This document shows positions 34,738 through 43,775 of a DNA stretch of 43,775 nucleotides, in pieces (position 1 is the stretch's first letter; each line of letters opens with the position of its first letter). Under the pieces are notes generated by a model that was given only the letters and a program-made list of their open reading frames with translations, was not told the DNA's origin and ran no database searches. The DNA comes from Trichosphaerium sp. ATCC 40318 (Eukaryota > Protista > Tubulinea): contig JALMLS010000399.1 of the NCBI GenBank assembly GCA_038496445.1, positions 1 through 43,775 on the forward strand. Direction: 5' to 3'. Position numbers and translations under genes: made by a program.

Positions 34738-35262
34738 AGAACAATATCACACAATACCTCGTAACGACTTGTCTCAATAAAATGTCACTTTTTATGATTG
34801 TTACAATTTGTTTGCCCTTGGTTTATGCCGATAATGACACCAATATTACTTATTGAGTTTGTTATGTGCCTTGATTGATTTCCGCGCTTCAAATTTTGAA
34901 ATGTAGCGCTTGTTACAATTTGGCTGAAAGTATGTTCCTGTTATCGAGCTAAACTGCCCTGACACTTACTTCTACGCATGTAGAGCGTAATAAAGTGATG
35001 TATAACGTAAAGTAAAGCAAAATAAATAAATAAAAAGAATTCGTACTAAAACTACATGCAGTTGTACAAGCAGACATTTCTATCCACACAGTTTTCCAAA
35101 TCTAGAAAGAGTAGAAGATGTATGTTTCATCAATCAGGTAGTGTTATCGCTCTGTTAAACCGCATTGCCTTTAGAACCACTCCTGTTAGTACTTTTCGGA
35201 ACATACAGCGTAAGTATACTAATTTCGGCAAGTACTTTTGGGTTGTTATTTTAGATGGCCTA

Positions 35263-35688
35263 CTACTTCTTTTTGCTTGTTTTAGAGCGTTTGGCGGGTC
35301 GGTTTTGTTCTTTCGTTTGTTTTTGTAGTCGCCGCTTACGCCTTGCCTTACGGTTGTTAAACCAAGCATTGACCTGCTTAAACGTATTCCCGGTTGCTTC
35401 AGCAAGCTGCATCTTTTCTGATTTATTCGGCATTGGATGAGGCAAATGAGCTATAAACCAATCTTCTAGCACTTTGGTAACTTCAGGAGGAAACGCACTA
35501 CCTCTGGCTACTTGCACTTTTTCTTTTTCTTCTGTGATGCATACTTCGTCGTAGATCTCGCTACCTACGGTAATAGTGTCCATTAGGCCTCTAATTTCGT
35601 CGTCTATTTCATCTTCAAGGTTAATTATGTTATTACAAAAGTTTGTAATTTGGTTTACGGTCACAGTTCCGTAATGTTCTTCTACCAT
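35263..35688 (-). CDS. TALE homeodomain protein, short class (S3), intronless
   Basis: FPPEVTKVLEDWFIAHLPHPMPNKSEKMQLAEATGNTFKQVNAWFNNRKARR; first ATG at 35688. Confidence 0.87.
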   Translation of the reverse strand: MVEEHYGTVTVNQITNFCNNIINLEDEIDDEIRGLMDTITVGSEIYDEVCITEEKEKVQVARGSAFPPEVTKVLEDWFIAHLPHPMPNKSEKMQLAEATGNTFKQVNAWFNNRKARRKRRLQKQTKEQNRPAKRSKTSKKK

Positions 35689-36260
35689 TTGTACGTCTTT
35701 TGCTGCAAACCAGATTGTTGAAATTTGTATCTTTTTGTACAAGACAGAACTTTCAACGAAAATAATGAAGGGCTGTAAGCCAATTTTAATGTCACGGTAA
35801 TTGCGACCATATATAGGTTATTATAATAATCAGGGAGGTACGCTTAGACTTCATTTTATCTTACTGTAGGATAGATTTTGGCGTTTTTCTACTAAACAAA
35901 AAAGTTCCACTAGCATTAGTAGTATCATACGCTATATCTTGCACTTTTTCTGTATTGTCATGAGGTGGAAAATAAAGCATCAATATTTGGTACACTACCA
36001 CAAAAAGGAGAATCACGTATTCTCCCACAGTGCTATGTTAAAGGCCAATTAAACCGTAAGGCAGCAGAAATAACCAAGCAAAAAAAATAACAGACAGTTT
36101 TTCTCCGGCGTCTGGGCGTGTTGACAAAATAATGACATGCAAAAAGAGAACTTGAGAATGATGCTAGGCAGTTATAATAGTATTTAAAGAACCAAACGTA
36201 GACAAAAATATGATAACAATAGGTTTATTTATATAAGAACAAGATTATATTGTACAGATT

Positions 36261-36767
36261 CTATTCTTTTTTTTCTTTTTTGATCTCAACCTTAGCTCTC
36301 TTGTTGGCGGCTTTCTCCCTGTCAATATCGGCTTGCATCTGTTGCAAACGACGCTTCAAGTTTGCTCTAGTATCTCCATGACGAGAGCGGGTATTACTGA
36401 ACCAGACACTGACTTGTGCAACAGTTAATCCGGTCACCTCAGCCAAAGAGATTTTATCCTCCTTTTTTGGATAAGGTATTGGAAGGTGAGCATTATACCA
36501 ATTTTGGAGAACTTGAACGACTTGAGGAGGAAAATTAGCGTTCCTGTGAGGTCCTGCAGCTGTTGGAATTCTATTATCGTAGTTTGCTTCTACTTGAGCG
36601 TAATTACCAACATCTCCAAGTGAGAGCGTTTCAAGGTGGGCTATGGCTGTGTCGTCGAGTTCTTGTTCCAATTGTAGTATATTCACGAGTTTGTCACAAA
36701 GATCTTGCCGTTCTGCGAGAGTCATGTTTTTGAGATTCTGCTTGTTGTTTGTCTTTTGTTCTGCCAT
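36261..36767 (-). CDS. TALE homeodomain protein, short class (S4), intronless
   Basis: [56 protein letters not shown]; first ATG at 36767. Confidence 0.9.
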   Translation of the reverse strand: MAEQKTNNKQNLKNMTLAERQDLCDKLVNILQLEQELDDTAIAHLETLSLGDVGNYAQVEANYDNRIPTAAGPHRNANFPPQVVQVLQNWYNAHLPIPYPKKEDKISLAEVTGLTVAQVSVWFSNTRSRHGDTRANLKRRLQQMQADIDREKAANKRAKVEIKKEKKE

Positions 36768-37203
36768 TGTATTTGCTGTTTGAGTTGTTATTACTGTTGT
36801 TGTAACTGATTTATGTTTATAATCACCCAAATACTATCGATGTAAATTTGCCTGTCAAAACGACTATTTTCAATGAAAGTATTTTTACAGTTCATCGTTT
36901 TTACAATCAAAAATTCACTCATTTCTCAATCAAATAAAAACCTGTCATAAATTTGATAGATTAAACGACGTACTAGTCAATCTAGACGCTATAAATACAT
37001 GCTAAGAGCGATTTCCGATTGATAAAAAAGTAATTGCAAAAACGTTGAATTGATTAAAAACAAATCCTTCTATGTGACTGAAATACAATTATTTACGATT
37101 GATATTAAGTTTAAACTACTTTTAATACATTTTTTTACAATACAAGTGCGGTTGAGCTATTTACAAAAGAAATAATAGAGTTTTTCCGGTTTCTCAGTTC
37201 ATT

Positions 37204-39678
37204 TCAACGTTTTCGACCTCTACCTTTACGTTTTGGTCTTTTCTTTGGTGATGAAGTTGAATTACCAACGTTAGGGTTCGAAAGAGATACGACTTGGCCT
37301 TCTTTTATTTCTTTTTGATCCATCGCTTCTATTTTATCCTTTGCCTCAATATACAGCATTAAATCACGCACTTGTTCCTAATAAAATACTTAGTTTTAAA
37401 TATCCATCAACAGAAAGAATGATTGACAAGTTCGAAAAAAAAAAAAAAAAAATTGCCCAAATTAGGAATGTACCTGCAACTCTTTAATTTTCTTATCTTT
37501 ATCCATATCTGTATCAGCTTCACGGGATTTCAAGTATTCTATCTTCTTACGATACTCATCTTGATTTTCTTGCATTGCCTTATTGACATTTCGTAAAAAC
37601 TCAGATTCTTGCATTAAATCATTCATCTTCTTCTCCAAGTCCTTTGTACGGCATTTTAAACGTTGTTTTTCGCTTTCAACAGTTTGTAGACGCTTTGCGC
37701 AATCTATTTTCTGACCAAGCAGTTGAGCATACTGATCCTCCATAAACGCTAGTTTACCGGTTTTCTGGTGATGCACCATTGCTAGCTGCTTTTCGAAGTA
37801 GTCTCGCTGTGTTTCGAGCTGCGCTGTAAGAAGATAGGAGTACTCCAAGGATAAAGCATCTAGCTTACCCTACAAATGATTTAGACAGAGTTTGGAAAAT
37901 GTATCGGGCGAAGAAAAGTCTGGAAAATCTCTAGAATTCTTGATTTTCCACTACGCGTACCATATACTCCTTTCCTTTAGCCTTAGAGTACTTTGGATCT
38001 TCTTCACCGCTCATTCCAGGGTCTGGTAATGCGATTAATTTACCGTCAGCTTCATTTCTGACAAGTCTACAAAAAAATCAGAAAAACTGCTATAAAACTG
38101 AATAAAAGTAGCGCAAACACTACAAAGCATTGAGTGCTCCACAAACGTGCACAAGAGTTCAAAAAAATTCTACAAAAAGCCATCTACGCGTACCTATGCA
38201 CGTAGCCATCACTAGTATAATCCCAGACACGTTGCGTTTCCAACTCGAGTGCATAAGTATGTCTGCTTTGCTCGAAATGTTGAAAAGCGTGGGAGTTAAC
38301 ATAGCGTCCACAACCCACGTGACCACATACTAAGCATATCCAAAGAGCCTTTGACGAACCACAACCATGGCATTGAGTCTTTGAACCATTTGGTTGTTGA
38401 ACATGACGACAAACTGGACAAGAATTATCTTCTCGCCACTTCCTTAGGCAGTGGCAATGAAAGTAGTGGTTGCATAGTATAGTAACAATACCAGTTGCTG
38501 AACCATCCAATCGCTCTAGAATACACGTTGGTAAGCATTAATCGCCAAAAAAATAACAAATGTTTTTTGCTTTTTTTATGGATTAAACTGAATGTCTCCG
38601 GACGATTGTCGCATACTTGCCCTTAATTGACAAGCACACTGAAAGATACGCTTTAGGAATTTTTTATTGCTCCTTGGAGGCTGTGACACCGATTGAATTG
38701 CGGCGCACACGGTTTAAGAGCTTAAAATAAAAAAACAGAAAAAAAATTGTACCTAAGCACACCGGACACGTTGGTAGCTCCTTTTCCATCTGATGTGGGA
38801 ATATAGATGACTTTGAGTCAACAAAGTCAACTCCTTTGGCGAATACTGGATAAGCTACTTCATCACCCTGTAAACAATAAGTCAGAATACCCTCAGAGGT
38901 GTCAAAATGTGTCAAATGACATTTTCGGATAAAAAACCCAGAAAGGCTTAATTATTTAGATTTTGGGCATATTAACGCCCCTCATGACTCAAAATACTGT
39001 CAAGTAGGGGAGCTGGATATCCCGTATTACGTTTTTTTCGCATTTATGAAAAAAAAAAACTGATCACATGTTCATCACGTGAGAAGTAACTTACCAATGA
39101 AGAGAATTCTTTTCCATAATAATGGAGATAGAATTCATCAGCATGCTTCTGCTCTCTAAAATTAGCCAACACCATGTAACGTTGACTTGATGCATCACTA
39201 GTGAGGTAAAAAAGTCAGACAAAATGAATTTCAGGTGACGTCATAATAACTGGGCGAATTGACGTGAATCAAAGCTATTTTCATACCTTAATACGCGCAT
39301 GCCATCCATGTCTGCTATAAATGCTCCACACCAAGTAATAAAATCAGCAACCAAAATATAACTCGGTACTGCGAGTATTAGGATCAATCGTGAAGTTAGC
39401 TTCTAATTTGCGGTGGTTAGCGTGGATTTGACAAGAAATAACGGTAAATGCCGTTTTTAACGTACAGGAAGTTTACCGCGCTCATGTACGATACCATGCG
39501 CTTCTGCATCTCGCAATAAATGAATCACACCCTTAGTAATATGCACCGAAGGGTTTCCTGCAAAAAAATGGACAGTGCTACCACACACACCATTAGAACT
39601 CGTTTGATCTTTTTTAGGTGATTGGAGCGCCATTGCTTCTGTTTTAGGGTCTTCACACTGTACTACCACTGAGAACAT
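37204..39678 (-). CDS. BRAP: BRCA1-associated protein BRAP2/IMP-like E3 ubiquitin ligase (multi-exon)
   Basis: BRAP2 domain (ILAVPSY...DFITWCG, RYMVL), RING-H2 ELPTCPVCLERLD...LCNHYFHCHCL...CPVCR, ZnF-UBP LWICLVCGHVGCGRY...HA..HF...HTYALELETQRVWDY, coiled coil EYSYLLTAQLETQRDYFE...QVRDLM. Confidence 0.93.
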
Positions 39679-40531
39679 TCATTTAGGTGTTCGCAAAAGC
39701 AAGCAGCGGCCGCTTTGGTACGTTTGGCTGTTATTTTTGTAAACTTAAGCTTCTTAAGTTAAAATGAGAAAGGGAGAAGATAGGGCGATATACTGCACTC
39801 GTTTTTGTAGTGGCAATAAAATCAGACAGGCATGTAGTCAAAATTATGAGAATACGTACCAGATGTCGCTTTGTGTCCTTTGGCTACGATAGCTATACTT
39901 TATCGTGTAACGACACGATCACTCACCGATCCCTAGCTTGTTGTCTTTCTTGTATTTTTTTGGGCATAAAGTCGTGATAGACATTTGTGATAGCGTATTG
40001 TGTTTTATTTGCTGGGATACAGATAAGAAAACGAGAAAGTTGATTTGCCAACAGCGACCGCTTAAGGGTACTTAAGTGTAGACAACACGCCATTTTCACG
40101 TTGCTTCAATGATAAATCGAGTACCACAGGTGCAGTATTATGACAAAATCCGAATTTTCCCAAAAAGGTAATTGATACTTGAGCCGTAGTTGTCGAAATG
40201 ATTTGTGAAACTACTTTTCTCATGATATGACGGATATACACATAACCACATTAGCTCGGATAAAAACTTTATGCGCAACCGCGGTAATACTAGTTCACCC
40301 GTCGACAAAAGGAGAAGTTCAAGCCCAAAAAACTCCGCAACACGTTGCTATATTCATGAGATAACAAGTTCGCTAGATCCAAGTAAATACAATTACTTCT
40401 GTGTAAAGTTAGTTGCAACACAGACTTTTTCCTAATTTTGTTGGAAAACGGCACAAAAAGGAGAGACGTAGATAAAGGGAGGTGCATTTATTGTACAGTT
40501 ATTTTGTTTATTCTGTTGTTTTCTTTTCTTT

Positions 40532-41299
40532 TTAGTCTACAGATACTTTTGTTCGGTTCTTATGTATTGGTGTATTGGTGTACCCTTGTCCCCAAACGTA
40601 GTATTGAGGTGATGATAAAATAACGGGGTTGAACTGTTTTTTATCATCTACGCTTTGACGGTTTTGCGTAGCAACATGCATTGGTGGTAATCTTGCTAAT
40701 GGAGGGAGAATATCATATTGGGTATGTGTACGTTGAGGACAACAGTTGATTACCATATTAGGTGTTGAGCCAGTAGATAGCTTTAAGACGCCCTGACTGA
40801 TTAGACTAGCAATAGAAGGTAGTATTGGTTTATAAAAGCAAACCTTTGACTCCAATTTCCATCTATACAAGATTAGCAAAACCTTTTCATATCCCTCCGA
40901 TTTTGGATTTGACGTACTTGTCTTGTGAAATAAGCTTAGTATTGTGCGTTGATGATGCTTTTTTCTTTGTTGGTTTAGCATGATTATGGTCATGGATGTA
41001 GCAAACGTCTCTATAACATCAGTATCTGACGTATTTCCAAGCAGAAAAAGTAGCAAGTAGACGCACATAAAAGTGTTGTTTTCGCTGTTTTGTTGAACGT
41101 GTTTCTTCGCTGGGCAAGAGCGTAGAGCGCAACGATAGTACGTGCGCTTATTCTGTGATGCTTTGAGTACGCGATTGCCAATGTTACGCCACTTCCAACC
41201 GTCGCAAGTTGTCTTGTATTCAGCGCGTACTTGTAGCATACGCATGTTTGTAGAATTGTATTCAAAAGAGCCTCTCATCTGTCTTGTTTGATTATTCAT
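40532..41299 (-). CDS. Variant WRKY-domain transcription factor; introns 41066-41011 and 40917-40863
   Basis: DGWKWRNIGNRVLKASQNKRTYYRCALRSCPAKKHVQ; after splicing the zinc finger is complete, C-X4-C-X23-H-X-H (…YIHDHNH). Confidence 0.85.
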   Translation of the reverse strand: MNNQTRQMRGSFEYNSTNMRMLQVRAEYKTTCDGWKWRNIGNRVLKASQNKRTYYRCALRSCPAKKHVQQNSENNTFMCVYLLLFLLGNTSDTDVIETFATSMTIIMLNQQRKKHHQRTILSLFHKTSTSNPKSEGYEKVLLILYRWKLESKVCFYKPILPSIASLISQGVLKLSTGSTPNMVINCCPQRTHTQYDILPPLARLPPMHVATQNRQSVDDKKQFNPVILSSPQYYVWGQGYTNTPIHKNRTKVSVD

Positions 41300-43595
41300 T
41301 TGTATGGTTAGAATACGTATCTACAAAGTCTTTGTTAACGATACGTTGCTTGAATATCACAGAAGAAGCCAGTTTTTGATAAAAAAGTTGAAAGCGGTTT
41401 TTGAAACGACGCCAAGTTTTCATAGATTCAAAAAAAGGGTGCCCCTGAACCGTCAACCTTATGCACTATGCAATGGGTGGACTGGAATTGAGTAGGAAAA
41501 GTATCTAATGCTTTACTTCGAAGTAGTTTTGTGCAGACGCTTATGTGTTGTTTAATATAAACTTACGCTTATAATTTCTCTTTTAGTATCTAGCGAAGAG
41601 TTGTATTGCTGTTGATGTTGCTCTAATTATGGATTAAGAATGCTCTTTGGTAACAAAACCAAGAAATTTGATAATATTTTCCATTTAGTTCTCTTATAAA
41701 ATTGTATCACGGTCTGCTTACAGCTAATAAAATACATGTTTTTTTTGGTGAACTTTGAATTTGTTCCTTCACTAGTTCGTTTTTCTAAACCAACCGGTTT
41801 TGGAAGACGAAAATGGTCAACAATCTGAGATTTCTTAGCTGGATGAAAAACACTAGTATATGTAGTGTAGGTACCTTTTCCGTTCGGATTTCGTACTGAT
41901 CCAAGTTTAGAACAAGAGCGTACATCTTTATGAAAAGGGCATACGAAAAAAATTCTGTTGACTTTTTTTTTTTTCGACTCGGAAATAAGTTCATTCAATA
42001 CTAAACTAAAAACGCTTCATAGGCGTATTTGATTAAATTCACGTGCTAAAAAGCATAATTTTAAGCTCCCTAATATCTAAACTCGGAAAGAGCTTTTATG
42101 CCCACCACCATTCAGTATATTGTCATAAATACCATTATACAGCGTATTTATGATAATTAGTACGAGAGAAAGATGTCTACAGATAGATCATCATTTCTGT
42201 GGTGTCTACGTGTTTCATGTGGAAAATAACACTCGGAATATAATAACCATACGCGTGTACTAAATGTATGGTATGTTAACGTTGTCGATAATGAGAAGTA
42301 CGTGACTTTAATTTGAAAACTTTTGACACTCTAAACATGACAACGCTGATTACCGTACGTTGGTGTAAATGCTCCCGCATGTTCCGTTAACAACTGTGTA
42401 CTTTTTTAACAATGTCATTTTTCAGACTCAGTGTGACGCTATACACAGATTACGAAGCTACTAGCAGCTTGAAAGCCAAAATTCAGGCCTTATGTGTATT
42501 CAGACTACAAAAATTCAGACCTAAAAAACTTATGCGCTAGTGGTGAGGAACTAGCGGGAGGTCCACAGGTATCTTTTTACTTCTCCAATAAATAAATCTA
42601 TCACTGGCTTTTTGGCTCTTTTCGTTTTCTATTTGTAAGAACGCAAGGCCTAGTAACCAGTGTGCTGAATAAGATTTAAAAATAATGGTTTGTCAAAGTG
42701 CAATTTTTTTATAAGTCCAGAATTCAGAGTTTGCTCAGTACACCCCGACATTTTATTCATATATTCATTACAGACCCATTTCATGGTTTATGATATTGCT
42801 ATATACTAGTACGTACATATGAATGTATTGATAATAATTTTGTATCGCCACATTTCTGACAATCCGAAAAATACAAAAAAAAGTTGAAAAAATCGGTTTT
42901 CAAATTCTGTTTTCGCCTTTTTTGGGTTTTGTGTTTGCCTGAAATACAGAAATCTGTCGGTACTTATTGGTTCCGGAAGATTTACACTGTTGGTACAGCT
43001 AACAATAAAATTTGATCAAAAAACAACAAACAGGCTGAAAAAAACCAAAAAAGTTTGAAAATATGCCAGTTTTCGCTTGTATGCGAACATTGACGCTAGT
43101 AACCAAACGGAAAATATTTGCTTTCTAGGCGCACAAAAATATATTTACGAAAGTCTGACGAAACTTTGGGTCTTGAGCCAAACAAGCTATCGATTTTTTT
43201 AATTCTACCTTTTCTATTATGGCCTACTATGTATTGTTCCTTGCATCCTGGAGGTAAATTTTTGTATATGCAACTCCGAGTATCGGAGGCCCAAACTCGT
43301 TTATTTTCAAAACTATGCAGATCCCGGGCTATTTATCCGAAGGTGTCTTGCCTAAAGGCGTGAAAATAAACTGTCTTGTATTTTCTCTGTCAGTGCAGCG
43401 AGCCAACAGATTTACGCGTTGACTTCTGTTTTAGGCGGAGGAGATCGAAAACTAAAACAAAAACTGCCATGCGATAGCCCACAATGAGTGAGTTGTTGTA
43501 TTTTGATTGTTGACGTTACAATCTACATTAAGCCACTACCGTTTTCTTAAATGTTTAGGACATACTCCATGTTCCCTTCTATCGAGCGTATGCAT

Positions 43596-43775
43596 TGGCA
43601 GAACAAAAGACAAACAACAAGCAGAATCTCAAAACATGACTCTCGCAGAACGGCAGATCTTTGTGACAATACTCGTGAATATACTACAATTGGAACAGAA
43701 CTCGACGACACAGCCATAGCCCACCTTGAAACGCTCTCATTGGAGATGTGGTAATTACGCTCAAGTAGAAGCAAA
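43596..43775 (+). pseudogene. Inverted, indel-rich partial copy of the 5' end of homeobox gene S4 (runs off the window)
   Basis: Matches the reverse complement of ~36583-36766, differing essentially only by single-base indels. Confidence 0.7.

Noticed and set aside
24390-35440. Antisense and alternative-frame ORFs overlapping the homeobox genes
   Set aside because: They are shadows of GC-richer Pro/Ala-rich coding exons with no independent features.
19955-36767. Hox-like or classical fungal HD1/HD2 cluster
   Set aside because: All homeodomains have the TALE three-residue loop; there is no ANTP-class or non-TALE HD2 partner, so the fungal comparison is an analogy only.
41627-41998. ORF sharing CSKLG...G..TY with the ORF at 7651-8025
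   Set aside because: The similarity is too short to support homology and the start codon is non-ATG.
42420-43400. AAATTCAG repeats and an imperfect A/T-tract inverted repeat (~42897-43061) as another transposon
   Set aside because: No clear termini or TSD could be defined.

Overview
AT-rich eukaryotic genomic DNA, probably a protist. Short GT-AG introns, two AT-AC minor-spliceosome introns and a WRKY gene point to an amoebozoan-like host (inference only). (1) 0.2-12.3 kb: a block of apparently intronless F-box/LRR, F-box and MORN-variant repeat genes, one pseudogenised by an internal inversion. The MORN gene is split by two different CAG...CTG non-autonomous DNA transposons with 2-bp TSDs. 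(2) 12.3-18.6 kb: a full-length L1-type non-LTR retrotransposon with a 17-bp TSD, poly(A), ORF1, APE-RT ORF2, three conserved structured 63-bp motifs in its 3' UTR and a third nested CAG...CTG element; tRNA-Gln(UUG) follows. (3) 19.9-36.8 kb, the main finding: a compact cluster of ten TALE homeobox genes in two classes. Six are long genes with a PBC-B (PBX)-like N-terminal domain, two of them with degenerate DNA-recognition helices. Four are short genes with a possible MEINOX-B-like helix, two of them carrying U12 AT-AC introns. The cluster is strongly enriched in the PBX-type site TGATTGAT. The layout suggests a combinatorial heterodimer locus, possibly for mating type or life-cycle control. 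(4) 37.2-41.3 kb: a BRAP2-type RING/ZnF-UBP E3 ligase and a variant WRKY gene, then an indel-rich inverted copy of a homeobox gene at the window end. Many single-base frameshifts lie in homopolymers and may be long-read errors.
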